Positions 9,625 through 20,433 of a stretch of DNA of 64,000 bases are shown here, one piece after another (positions within the stretch are counted from its first letter, which is position 1; the number at the start of each line of letters is the position of its first letter). The notes below the pieces were generated by a model that was not told the origin of the DNA, made no database searches, and saw only the letters and a program-made list of their open reading frames with translations. The position numbers and the translations under genes were made by a program. This stretch comes from Candidatus Hydrogenedentota bacterium (lineage in GTDB: Bacteria; Hydrogenedentota; Hydrogenedentia; Hydrogenedentales; SLHB01), in NCBI GenBank assembly GCA_963745075.1, contig CAVUWV010000009.1:1-64000 (forward strand), in the 5' to 3' direction.

Positions 9625-9863
9625 CGGCTCTCCATTGCGCACGGTCGTGCGAGGTTCTCCTACCCGACAAGGCGCAATGATAGAGGAATCAAACGTAACA
9701 TGAAACTTGGCCCCGCGGAGTGGCTGGGCGGATTACAAATCGTAAGGCCACGTGCAGTATACTCGGGCTTCCGTTTGGCTGCGTGGGGAGCCCGATCTTG
9801 TCCTGGAACCGGGGGCGTGGTGGCGAGAAAATCGGATGAAACCACTTCCTCGTGGAGACGTTG

Positions 9864-10979
9864 ATGAAAGTTTTGGTAGTCATGGGTACGCGCCCGGAGG
9901 CCGTCAAGATGGCCCCGGTCGTAAACGAATTGCGGAGTCGTAAGGACCGCTTTGACGTGCGCGTCTGTCTGACCGCGCAACACCGGGAATTGCTCGACCA
10001 GGTGATCGATGTTTTTGGGATCCACGTCGACCACGACCTGAACCTCATGCAGCCCAACCAGACCATCTCCGACATTACGAGCCGGGTGTTACTCGAAATG
10101 GGCCGCGTTTTGCAGGAAGAAAAGCCGGACGTCACCCTCGTCCATGGGGACACGACCACGACCTTCGCCACGGCCCTGGCCGGATACTATCATAACGTGA
10201 AGATCGGCCACGTGGAGGCCGGACTCCGAACGTACGATAAGCACCGGCCCTTTCCGGAGGAGATGAATCGTCGCTTGGGCGATGCGCTCTCCGACTATCA
10301 TTACGCACCAACAACGACGGCGGCGGAACACCTTCGTAGCGAACGGATCCCGGAAGATCACATTGTTATCACCGGGAACACCGTGATCGATGCCTTGTTA
10401 AACGTCGCCGAGCGCCCCTATGAATTCGAGGATCCGTTGCTGCAACGGGCGGGCACGGAACGGCGTTTGATTTTAGTGACGGCGCATCGCCGCGAGAGTT
10501 TCGGCGAGCGCTTCGAGCAGATGTGCCGGGCCATGCGCGATTTGGTCCGCGCCAACCCGGACGTCGAAATCGTCTATCCCGTTCATCCCAATCCCAACGT
10601 GCGGCGCGCGGTGAATTCCGTGCTCGATGGAGAGGACCGCGTTCGTCTCATCGATCCGCTCGATTACCTTCCCTTCGTTCATATGTTGAAGAAGGCGCAC
10701 ATCGTCCTTACGGATTCGGGCGGCGTGCAGGAAGAAGCACCATCGCTAGGGAAGCCGGTCCTGGTCATGCGGGAGGTCACCGAGCGGCCGGAAGCGGTTG
10801 ACGCAGGTACCGCCATGCTCGTGGGTAATACGTACGAACGAATCGTAGATGCCGTCCAGCGTTTGCTAAGCGATGCAGATACCTACAATCGGATGGCGAA
10901 TGCCGTCAATCCGTACGGCGACGGACTGGCCAGTAAACGAATCGCCGACCACCTTGAATCAGTAGGAGCAATGGTATGA
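9864..10979 (+). CDS. wecB: UDP-N-acetylglucosamine 2-epimerase (non-hydrolysing)
   Basis: GTRPEAVKMAP, HGDTTTT, HVEAGLRT, PFPEEMNR, TDSGGVQEEAP and NPYGDG. Confidence 0.96.
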   Translation: MKVLVVMGTRPEAVKMAPVVNELRSRKDRFDVRVCLTAQHRELLDQVIDVFGIHVDHDLNLMQPNQTISDITSRVLLEMGRVLQEEKPDVTLVHGDTTTTFATALAGYYHNVKIGHVEAGLRTYDKHRPFPEEMNRRLGDALSDYHYAPTTTAAEHLRSERIPEDHIVITGNTVIDALLNVAERPYEFEDPLLQRAGTERRLILVTAHRRESFGERFEQMCRAMRDLVRANPDVEIVYPVHPNPNVRRAVNSVLDGEDRVRLIDPLDYLPFVHMLKKAHIVLTDSGGVQEEAPSLGKPVLVMREVTERPEAVDAGTAMLVGNTYERIVDAVQRLLSDADTYNRMANAVNPYGDGLASKRIADHLESVGAMV

Positions 10980-12235
10980 AGCGCGTCTGTGTAATGGGGC
11001 TTGGGTATATCGGTTTGCCGACGGCGAGCGTGTTGGCGACGAACGGCTACCAGGTGCTGGGCGTCGACGTGGGCCAGCGTGTCGTGGATACTGTCAACGC
11101 CGGCAATATCCATATCGAGGAACCGGGCCTGCATACGGTGGTTCGCGCCGCCATCGGGTCCGGGAATCTGCACGCATCGCTCGAGCCCGAGAAGGCGGAT
11201 GTATTCTTCATCGCCGTTCCGACGCCGTTGACGGCCGACAAGAAGGCGGACATGCGCTATGTATGCCAGGCGACGGAACGGATCGTGCCGTTTCTGGAAA
11301 AGGGCAACCTGGTCATCCTGGAATCCACCTCGCCGCCGGGGACCTGCTGCGACCTGCTCAAACCGATTCTGGAACGCTCCGGACTCATCGTCGGCAAAGA
11401 CATCTACCTCGCGCACTGTCCGGAGCGCGTGCTTCCCGGAAAGATTCTCAAGGAACTTATCGAGAATGACCGCGTGGTGGGGGGGTACGACCCAATCGGC
11501 GCGCAACAGGCCCGGGACATTTACGCAAGTTTCGTGGAAGGGGAGATCTTCCTCACCGACGTGACCACGGCCGAAATGGTCAAGGTTATCGAGAACACGT
11601 TCCGCGACGTGAACATCGCCCTTGCCAACGAAATCGCGCTGCTCTGCGAACAGCTCGGCATCGATTTCGGCGACGTGGCCCGTCTGGCGAATCGCCATCC
11701 CCGCGTCAACGTGCACAGCGCGGGCCCCGGCGTGGGCGGTCATTGCATTTCTGTCGATCCATGGTTTCTGGTGGAACAGTTCCCGGATACGGCCAAATTA
11801 ATTCATCTCGCTCGTGTCCGCAACGACGGCATGCCGGAGCATGTTGTGTCCCGCACGCTGGAATTCGTGGCCGGGGTGGAAACCCCCAAAGTCTGTATCC
11901 TCGGTCTGGCCTTCAAGGGAAACGTCGACGATATGAGGGAAAGTCCGTCCCTGGAAGTCGTGCGTTTGCTCGAAGAAAAAGGCGTTGCATTGGCCGTGCA
12001 CGATCCCTATGTGAAGAACGCACCGCTGGAATTGCTTCCCCTCGAGTCCTGTATTGAGCAGTCAGACTGCCTGCTCTTGCTCACCGATCACAATGACTAC
12101 AAATACCTGAACCCGCGGCAGGTTGCCCGGCAGATGCGTAAACCTATTCTCTTCGACACTCGGAACTTCCTCGATCACGCCGACTGGCGGGAGGCGGGAT
12201 TCCAAGTCAAGGTCCTGGGCTCGGGAAGAGCGTAG
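10976..12235 (+). CDS. wecC: UDP-N-acetyl-D-mannosamine dehydrogenase
   Basis: GLGYIGLPTA, HCPERVLPG, ENTFRDVNIA, GPGVGGHCISVDPWF and DDMRESP. ATGA overlap with wecB. Confidence 0.92.
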   Translation: MKRVCVMGLGYIGLPTASVLATNGYQVLGVDVGQRVVDTVNAGNIHIEEPGLHTVVRAAIGSGNLHASLEPEKADVFFIAVPTPLTADKKADMRYVCQATERIVPFLEKGNLVILESTSPPGTCCDLLKPILERSGLIVGKDIYLAHCPERVLPGKILKELIENDRVVGGYDPIGAQQARDIYASFVEGEIFLTDVTTAEMVKVIENTFRDVNIALANEIALLCEQLGIDFGDVARLANRHPRVNVHSAGPGVGGHCISVDPWFLVEQFPDTAKLIHLARVRNDGMPEHVVSRTLEFVAGVETPKVCILGLAFKGNVDDMRESPSLEVVRLLEEKGVALAVHDPYVKNAPLELLPLESCIEQSDCLLLLTDHNDYKYLNPRQVARQMRKPILFDTRNFLDHADWREAGFQVKVLGSGRA

Positions 12236-12276
12236 GGCGTTAGAAATCTCCATGCCCCCTTACTTCGCGATCGCGT

Positions 12277-12361
12277 TCGCAATCGAAGCGGGGAGCGCTA
12301 CGGCGTTGGGATCGGTCCGATCGGGTGAACGATCGGCGCGAATTGGTTGCTTCGATTGCGA
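12277..12361. repeat. Nested inverted repeat between convergent genes
   Basis: Perfect 13-bp arms TCGCAATCGAAGC / GCTTCGATTGCGA, with an inner CCGATCG / CGATCGG hairpin. Confidence 0.65.
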
Positions 12362-12379
12362 CCACTTCCGATATACCGC

Positions 12380-13159
12380 TCACGTGCCGTCCTTCGGTCT
12401 GTTTCCTTGCTTTTGCAGAATCTCGTCCCGCAATTTACGGGCGTATTCCGCTCTGCCTCCGGCGCCGGATTCGAGGAACTGTTGCAGGTAGGTCAACGCC
12501 CGATCGAATTCTCCGGCGTGGTAGTGCATGAGTCCCAATTCGTACGCGTTGCCCCCTCCGCGGTGTAGCTCGAGGCCCTGTTGAAACAACGCGCGCGCCT
12601 GGTCCCGATTTCCACGCTCCTGAGCTACGCGGCCCCGATAATACAGCGACATCGCTTCTTGCTCGGTATCCCCCTGCTGTTTCGCGTCCGCTTGCCATCG
12701 CTGACAAATCGGGGGAATCTCATCGAGCCGGCCGACCTGCAACAGCGAATCGCATAGCGGCGCATACAACGTGATGGGCGCGTCGGGTTGGGCATACGCT
12801 TCCTCCAAATAGGGCAGCGCCTCTTCCGGACCTTCCCGCCACCACAGCAATGCTCCCAGCGCCTTCAGGGTGAACGTCCGGTATTTGGATGACTCGAAAT
12901 TACCTGCCAGAGCGAGCCGGTACCATTGGGCGGCGTTCGCATACTCGCCGGCCGCCTCCATGCGTTGGCCTTTCTCAAACTGCACGACACCGAGCGTGCG
13001 TTCCATTTGTGCGATGGCCGATTGTCCAAAACGGGCATATCCCCACACGAAACCGGCGAAGGCAATGCACGCGATTGCAGTAAATACTAAAACGGGACCG
13101 CGAACGACGCGAACGAGTTCGTCGTTTCGATCGTCCACGTTCGAGTCTTCCGCTGTCAT
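12380..13159 (-). CDS. Membrane-anchored TPR protein
   Basis: One TM helix, then helical repeats (AMSLYYRGRVAQERGNRDQARALFQQGL, AYELGLMHYHAGEFDRALTYL). Confidence 0.8.
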   Translation of the reverse strand: MTAEDSNVDDRNDELVRVVRGPVLVFTAIACIAFAGFVWGYARFGQSAIAQMERTLGVVQFEKGQRMEAAGEYANAAQWYRLALAGNFESSKYRTFTLKALGALLWWREGPEEALPYLEEAYAQPDAPITLYAPLCDSLLQVGRLDEIPPICQRWQADAKQQGDTEQEAMSLYYRGRVAQERGNRDQARALFQQGLELHRGGGNAYELGLMHYHAGEFDRALTYLQQFLESGAGGRAEYARKLRDEILQKQGNRPKDGT

Positions 13160-16027
13160 CGGCTTTCCTTATCGGCGACGGCGTTCATTTCCCGTTCGAC
13201 TTGTTGACGTGTTTCCGGGTCCAAAGAAAACCGGGTCAGTACCATTCGATAGGTGAATAGCGCTTCCGATACTTTGCCGTTCCGCGCCAGTAAACGGGCG
13301 ACGGCGTATTGCGTTCGGTAGTCGGTCGGCGCCTGCCGGGCCGCCACTTGCGCAACTTGCAGCGCATCCGGGTACCGGCCCAATCGTTCGAGGACATGGG
13401 ACCGAAGTAGCAGCCAATTTGTGTCCGGCCCATTCGGCAAGAGCGAAAACGCGGACGCCAGCACCTGCTCCGACGATGTCCAGGCCCCAATCGAGGCGGC
13501 CACATCGCCCAGTCGCAACAGCAATTCGCCACGGGTCTCGGGCGGTTGAGACGCCGTGGCGAGTTGCGATCCGTACACGCCGATCAACCATCCGAACGCG
13601 CGGACCCGATCGTCGGGAGGCACGTCGCGCGCGTATTCCGGCCATGCATCGAGAAATCCGGTGACCTGCTTCACGGCATCTCTTTCCGGATTCTCCAAAT
13701 AGGCAACGAGCGACGCGACGGCGTCGGGAGGCGCGGAATCTTTTGGGATCGATTGCTTCAGATAGGTCAATGCAGATTTGAGCCGTGCCGTGTCGTGCCC
13801 GCCGCCGGCCAACATGACATACGCGCCCCAGAGAGATGAATCTTGTGGGCAATTTCGTATCCCCGCGACCAGGGCTTGCCCCGCCAACGCCGGGTCTTTA
13901 AGCCCGGTCTCATCGGCTCGGGCCAGCCACCAGGTGATCCGGGAGCGTTTTGCACACGCATCGGGATCGGGGTCTTCGATGCGCGTCAGTGCGTTGGTGA
14001 GTGCATCGACGTAGCGCTTCCAGCGGCCGGTTTTTTGGGCGAAGCCCTCGAAGAGCGACCACGTCATGTCGCTTCCCGGAGAGGATTCGGCGGCCCGTGT
14101 GTAGGCTCGCTCCGCTTCGTCCGTGTTTGCCGCCATCACGTAGGCTTGAGCCATCATCCGGTGGATTTGTCCCCGGTCGGCAATTCCATACTGCAGCGCC
14201 GCCCGGAAATGGTCCAGCCCGTTGTGCAGGTCGTCCAGTTGGGTCGCGGTCAACGGGGAATCGTCCCGGCGGTTGCGTAAGACCTCCGCGATGAAAAGGC
14301 GACCCAGGATATCGTGGGCTCCCGGCAGCATGGGACAGAGTTCCAATGCCCGATCCGCGTACCGTTCCACGTTGTCGAGGTAGTTCGCTTCCCCAACGTC
14401 GCCCAGTTTGAAATATTGCCTGGCGAGGGCTATGTCGTCCATTACCCAATACGGGTTCAACGCGAGCGACCGTTCGTATGCTGAAATCGCGTCGCGCGTC
14501 CGCCCCTGAGACGCATAGATCGCCGCTTCGTCACGGACGATCCGTGCGTCCCACGGCGTGAGGCGTTCCGCCTGCCGCAGGAAGATGAGTGCCTGATCCG
14601 GATAGCCGAGTGTTGTCGCCGCGGTCGCCTTCTGGTGGATGACTTGGGCGGCGAAAACGGTAACGGCCATCGCCGCCAGCATGCACCCCAAAGCACTGCA
14701 CATCACCGGCAACGCGAGGCGTCGCAGGAAAGGTCGTCTCGTTGCAGCGGTTGCGGGCGTCGCAACACCGACCAGGATCCCGGCGAGGACAAAGAGTACG
14801 AGCCCCGAGGCTGGACTCCTCAGGTTGAAACCGAAAAAGCCGTCAATCGTGAACGCGGTGAAACACGCCGCCAAGACATAGCCCAGCCGTTTGGTGTCCT
14901 TGTCATCGGATACAAAGGCGGCGCCCAGACTCAGCACGATGAGCGACACGAGAAAACCGGTGTATGCAACCGCGCCACCCAACCCGGTGGTCACGCCCGA
15001 TTCGAGAAATGCATTGTGCACGTGCGCGTTGTACCCGCCGTTTGTTGCGAAGAACGACTGCTCGTACGGGGTCCAATACGGCGGATTCTCGATCCAGTAG
15101 GTGCCCGGCCCGAAACCGAGCAGGGGCCGGTCCAGAATCATTTCGGATGCCCCGAAGTACGCGTTGTATCGTAGGAGAAACGTGTGTCCCGTGGGCAACC
15201 AGGAACCGGTCCACGCCTTCGACAGTATCATGGTGCCGCCCCCTGCGCACACCCCGATCAGGGCGCACGCGAAACCCACGTACCATAACGATCGCAGGGG
15301 CTTCCGGGTGTAGCGGTAGACGACGTAGCCCAGCCCGGCGACGGCGATTCCCGCGGGGATGGCCACGCGCGCGGCACGGACCTCGGTGAATACAAGATGA
15401 GCGGCCACCGGCACGATCAGCAGCAAACACCACCGCATGCTGCTCCGCATCGAAAGTCCCAGGAGGATCAGTAGGCCGAGATTGAGGGTGTGCGTCGCAA
15501 CGTTGGGGTTTCCGTACGTTGCCGGAAGCCCGCGGTACTCCTCCACGTCGCGCGTGGCCCAGGGGAACGGATCCCAGCCCGCCTTCTGCGCGAGGCCGTA
15601 AAGACTCGACAAGGCGACCGCTCCGCCGATCCACAGCAGAATCCGCCACGCCTGCCCCGGCGTCCGGCAACATTGCGCCACCAGCATGCAAATCAATCCC
15701 AGGGCCAGGAACTGGGCATACGTCGCTAAGCTGTAGGCTTGATGACCGGACGCAATGGCGGCGACAAGGCCAATCGCCAGAAAAGCAAAGAGAAATCCGA
15801 ACGGAATCGCAATGCGGAAATGCGCACTTGGATTCTTCCAGCGATATATACACCAGGGGATCCCCAGGAGCAGAGGGAGGACACCTATCATCAGATACTT
15901 GGGATCGTGTGATGGCGAATGCGTGTCCGGCCACAGGGCAAGTATCGTCACCGCGGTGCCGAATGCCTGTAAGCAAGCGCATCGCCGCCAAACTGTGGTC
16001 GCGCACTTCCACCGCATCAGTCGTCAT
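13156..16027 (-). CDS. O-antigen ligase/oligosaccharyltransferase-like (Wzy_C) membrane protein with C-terminal TPRs; probable indel near 15965
   Basis: Many TM helices, ATYGNPN, RPLLGFGPG and AHVHNAFLE, then TPR repeats. A more natural start MTTDAVEVRDHSLAAMRLLT (16027) joins AFGTAV if one base is removed. Confidence 0.8.
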
Positions 16028-17265
16028 GGCTGGCCTCGTCGCCAGTCACCGCCCCTTCGAGGACAGTGATGTACTGTTCCGCTTTGTACCGTCGCGTGAA
16101 ATGTTCCACGACGAATGCTCGTCCATTCTTGCCCAAACGGCCGCGCAGATCGGAATCGTTCCGCAGCCGAAGCACCGCGTCCGCATAACTCGCCGGATCT
16201 TCCGGTGTCACAGGAATCGCGCTGCCCGCGGCCTCAACGATACGAAGGGCCTGGCCTGTCGCCCCGAGAATGATGGGCCGTTCGCAGGCCATAATCTCGA
16301 AGACCTTTGACGGAATATTAATGGTGAAATAGTCGCCCTTTCGCAACGGCACGAAGCACACATCCGCGGCGGCGTAGAGATCCGGCATGCGTTCCTTCGG
16401 CTGCAGCGGAAGGAATTCGACGTTCGTGAGCCCACGGTCTTTGACCCACTCGATCATTTTGGGCTTGTCGGCGCCGTCGCCCACGAAAACCACGCGGATA
16501 TCGTCACAGTCGCGCAGACGCTCGGCCGTTTCCAGCAACGTGAAGAGGCCTTGTGATACGCCGTGCACGCCGACGTACATCGCGATGAACTTGCCTTGCC
16601 AACCATACTCCTCGCGGATACCGTTGTCTTTTGCGCCGGGTTTGAAGAAATCTTCGCGGATACCGTTTTCGATTACCGCAAATTTCTCCGGCAGGAAAGC
16701 CCCGCGCCACAATGGCGTCCCGGGACGCCTCCGCTACGGTTACTACACGGCGCGCACGCCGGTACAGAAACGTTTCAATCGTTTCCAGCGTGCGGATGAG
16801 CAGCGGGTTGCGTATCATGCCGACGTCCACCGCCTGCTGCGGCAGAATATCGCGCACTTCGAGGACGAACGGCGCCCATTTGAAAACACTGAGCAAGAAA
16901 CCCAACGGTCCCACAAAGAAGGGACCGGATGACGCGATGATCGCGTCCGGTCTCCGGCACAAGAAGATGCCGCAGAATAGGGCGGACACCATGAACGAAA
17001 ACGAAGCCAGTGCCCGTTTGATGACGGACCGGTTCGGCGTCGCGTAAATCCAGGAGCGGGTGACCGTGAATCCCTCGATCGTCTCGCGCGTATAGAGTTT
17101 GCCGCGATACTCGTCGGGAATCACGCCCGTCGGGTAGTTTGGAAACCCAGTGCACACTTCCACGTCGTGACCCATCTCGGCCCAGAATCGCGCATGTTCC
17201 GAGTTTCGCGCCGCAGCCGCACCGAATTCAGGTGGGAAGTATTGTGTGAGCAAAAGGATCTTCAT
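16017..17265 (-). CDS. GT4 glycosyltransferase (WbuB-like), frameshifted near 16690
   Basis: MKILLLTQYFPPEFGAAAAR and FPNYPTG in ORF 16504..17265. EKFAVIENG, FVGDGADK and IPSKVFEIMACERPII in ORF 16017..16712. Confidence 0.88.
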
Positions 17266-19040
17266 GCTTCGATTTCTTGAAGTCTTGCGATCAGCAGTGG
17301 GAGCAGTTCCGCCGCCGGTCGCGCGTCAGAACCCACAAATATACCATAGCCACATAAGACCGGGGCGGTGGCGCGGCGAACCATTCGGAGACACGTCGCC
17401 GGCAGCGCTTCGCCAAATGACGGAAAGTACCAACCTCGCAACGGTTCTTCGGAACCGTGGAAAGACTCCACCCGGTCGAAACCGAATGGAACGACGAATA
17501 CAGTCGCGTCATGAGCTGTCGCCTTCCAGGCGTTTTCCGATTCAATCACAATGACGCCGGGATGGAAATGCATATAGCTTTCCAGGTCGCACGATTCCTC
17601 CTGACCTGTAATGGTATCGGTGACGAGCCAGATTGCCTGGTGGGTCAATACAATGGATCGTTCATGACAATAGGGCCGGAAACCATCGTGGCTTGCCCGT
17701 ACACGTCCTTCCAAGTGATTCGTCTGCGGATTCAACATAGGCTTGTATCGCCTGCCGACCCGAAACCGGTCCCAGCATTCCATCTGTTCACGGCGGTTCA
17801 CCTGAACCGTGTTGTGTGCGGCCGAGCTGCGGCAATAGGCGCGGCGCGTGTCGTCTTCATACCCGAAGACTCCGGAATCAACGATGACGCGGCGGGTTCC
17901 CACAGTGAATTCATAGCTGAGCATATCGCAGTGCGCATGACCAAGTTGGTACGCGGGGCCCGGCTCACCCGCCTTGACGGTCATCCGGGCTTCGCCATCC
18001 TCACTTTCGAGAATATAAAAGCCCGACGCCTTCTCCGCACGGCGGCCGGTCGGTCGTGTCGTATCGATGTTCGGTATGCGCTTTTTCGCGAATTGAAGGA
18101 GTGCGTCCGCCGGGAATTCGAGATCCAAACTCGCGTCCCCGAACTGCGGGATACCATCGTCGCGATAGATCATTCGCGCGAGGAAGCCGGTCATCTTTTC
18201 GATGGCAGTCGCGAGTTTCGCAGGCGGATTTTCGAGGGCGGCATGAACGAGCAGATTGTCTTCGAGAATCTGACAGTGGTACATGAGGCTGCGCTCGTAA
18301 TGGCCGCCGTCCTCCAGGATCTGTTCGTCCAACTCCTGATCCAGGAGTTCTTTTCCACAACGCGTCGCTGCTCGCCCGCATTCATTTCCGAGTACCGCAC
18401 CCGCGAGGACCAATGCTTGCGCGTTTTTCAACAAGTGGTTCGCCAGTACATCTTTCTCGAGATGATGTAGAAGCCAATCCGTCTGACTTACGAAGCTCTC
18501 GATTACAGGGGAGGATACTTCCCCAATTACCGAGAATGCCTGTGCCCAGTTCATCAATCGCGACGAGACGACGAATGCGTCCCACGCGGGAGACGACCCG
18601 CGCGGATTCCGTTCGATCCAATCCTCCACAAGGCGCAGGAACTGCGCGCGCGCATCTTCTCGATTGTCTCGAAGGCAGGCGATCGCCAAAGTACGGCCCC
18701 AGCCGAAATAGTGCAGGTGGTAACGCCAGAGCGCACTGACGTTGGGAACTGTCCAGTCCACGGGCGCATCGAAATGTTCCGTGTGATTGAGAAAGGTGAA
18801 TTCATTTCGGCAGAGGGCGTCAACGACCGCGTCAGACGGTGGTAGGATCCACGCGAGTTCATTCATGGTTGCGTGAAGGCGACCTGCGGTTTCGGGATCG
18901 AATGCTGACGGGAGTCGAAAGGATGGCGTTTTCGATATGGGCAACCGTTTCTCTACTGCGTACCGCGCACGCCACAGGATCTGCGACACCTTGAGGTGGC
19001 GTAGTGTGCGCGCATATCGCGGTATTGACCCCGTCGTCAT
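17262..19040 (-). CDS. Heparinase II/III family protein
   Basis: LWRYHLHYF, LEKDVLANHLLKN, EQILEDGGHYERSLMYH, GHAHCDMLS, VIVDSG and RSSAAHNTV. Confidence 0.9.
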   Translation of the reverse strand: MTTGSIPRYARTLRHLKVSQILWRARYAVEKRLPISKTPSFRLPSAFDPETAGRLHATMNELAWILPPSDAVVDALCRNEFTFLNHTEHFDAPVDWTVPNVSALWRYHLHYFGWGRTLAIACLRDNREDARAQFLRLVEDWIERNPRGSSPAWDAFVVSSRLMNWAQAFSVIGEVSSPVIESFVSQTDWLLHHLEKDVLANHLLKNAQALVLAGAVLGNECGRAATRCGKELLDQELDEQILEDGGHYERSLMYHCQILEDNLLVHAALENPPAKLATAIEKMTGFLARMIYRDDGIPQFGDASLDLEFPADALLQFAKKRIPNIDTTRPTGRRAEKASGFYILESEDGEARMTVKAGEPGPAYQLGHAHCDMLSYEFTVGTRRVIVDSGVFGYEDDTRRAYCRSSAAHNTVQVNRREQMECWDRFRVGRRYKPMLNPQTNHLEGRVRASHDGFRPYCHERSIVLTHQAIWLVTDTITGQEESCDLESYMHFHPGVIVIESENAWKATAHDATVFVVPFGFDRVESFHGSEEPLRGWYFPSFGEALPATCLRMVRRATAPVLCGYGIFVGSDARPAAELLPLLIARLQEIEA

Positions 19041-19053
19041 CGTTCCTTTCCGG

Positions 19054-20433
19054 TTACTGGGCGCCACGTCCCGTCAGCACGATCTTGATGGTATCGATCA
19101 GGATGCGCAAGTCCAGCATGAGCGAGATGTTGCTCATATACACGAGGTCATACAACAGGCGATGAGCGGGTGACGAATCGTACCGTCCCCACACGTGCGA
19201 CAGGGAGGTGACGCCCGGTTTGACCCGTAGCCGCAACGGGAAGAGGGGAACTTCCTCGGAAAACTTCTCGATAAAGAAAGGCCGCTCCGGACGCGGGCCG
19301 ACCAGGCTCATGTCCCCCTTGAGTACGTTCCAGAGTTGGGGGATCTCGTCGATACGCTTGCTCCGCAAAAACTTCCCGACTTTCGTGACGCGCGGATCGT
19401 CCTTGCTTGCCCAGACAGGTCCCGTTCCCTTTTCCGCATTCGTCCGCATGGTCCGAAGTTTGTGAATTGAAAACTCGCGTCCATTTTTCCCGGAACGAAT
19501 CTGGGAGTAAAAGATGGGTCCGGGCGAATCGAGCTTGATGACAATCGCCGCCGCGGCGAGGATTGGCGACGTGGCAAGCAACAACAATCCGCTACCGACA
19601 ATGTCCACAAACCGCTTCACAAGTCCGAACGACCAGGGTAAGGGATGACGCTTCAGTTCTATCAGGGGCAAGCCCCCTATTTCGTACAGGTCGAGGCGGC
19701 CGACCATGGCCTCGTAGTAACTCGGCAGGACATGGGCTACCACGGAGTTTTCTTCACAAGCGCGAAGGACGCGCAACAGTTCCTGGGCATTTTGCGCGAG
19801 CACGTCGCCGACGACGAGAATTTCGTGGACATCGTGGTCCTTGATGAGCGTCGTCAGTTCGTCCGCACTGCCCAGGAAGTCCGGTTTCGACTTCACCGCG
19901 TCCTTGTCGTGTTGGCAAACGACGCAGCCCACCACGTGGTGTCCCGCCCGCGAGTACTGGGACAATTCCGTCGCGACGCCTTTCACGCTTGCCGCCGATC
20001 CGAACGCGATTACCCGCGTGTCGAGTTCCCCGCGTTTCCGGCGCACCCGCGTGTACCAAACTCGCCACGCAGGCAGGATGATGGCGCAAATGATACCGCC
20101 GCCAAGATACACCGACCGGCCGATGACCTGACTGTCGGGCGTGTAGTACAGCAAAAACGTGGTGGTTCCGATGAAGGAAAGCGCCGTCCCGGAGAGTGCA
20201 CCGATCAGCGCTGAAAACGCCAGGTCGGACTCGCTGCGCAATCGGCTGAAATCATAGGCGCCGAAGAATCCCAGGACCGCCACATGGACGATAACGAAAG
20301 GTCCCATGGCAATCGCCAAGGTTTCTAAAGACTCGTACGGCGCTCCGAGCAGGGTCCGAAGAATTCCGCAGATTCCGAACGCGTAGACGATGAGAACGCA
20401 GTCCGTCAGCACCCGTGCCAATCGCCGAATCAT
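19054..20433 (-). CDS. Polyprenyl-phosphate sugar phosphotransferase (WcaJ/WbaP-type initiating transferase)
   Basis: KRFVDIV, DSPGPIFYSQ, KLRTM, DPRVTKVGKFLR, DEIPQLWNVLKGDMSLVGPRPERP and VKPGVT. Confidence 0.93.
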   Translation of the reverse strand: MIRRLARVLTDCVLIVYAFGICGILRTLLGAPYESLETLAIAMGPFVIVHVAVLGFFGAYDFSRLRSESDLAFSALIGALSGTALSFIGTTTFLLYYTPDSQVIGRSVYLGGGIICAIILPAWRVWYTRVRRKRGELDTRVIAFGSAASVKGVATELSQYSRAGHHVVGCVVCQHDKDAVKSKPDFLGSADELTTLIKDHDVHEILVVGDVLAQNAQELLRVLRACEENSVVAHVLPSYYEAMVGRLDLYEIGGLPLIELKRHPLPWSFGLVKRFVDIVGSGLLLLATSPILAAAAIVIKLDSPGPIFYSQIRSGKNGREFSIHKLRTMRTNAEKGTGPVWASKDDPRVTKVGKFLRSKRIDEIPQLWNVLKGDMSLVGPRPERPFFIEKFSEEVPLFPLRLRVKPGVTSLSHVWGRYDSSPAHRLLYDLVYMSNISLMLDLRILIDTIKIVLTGRGAQ

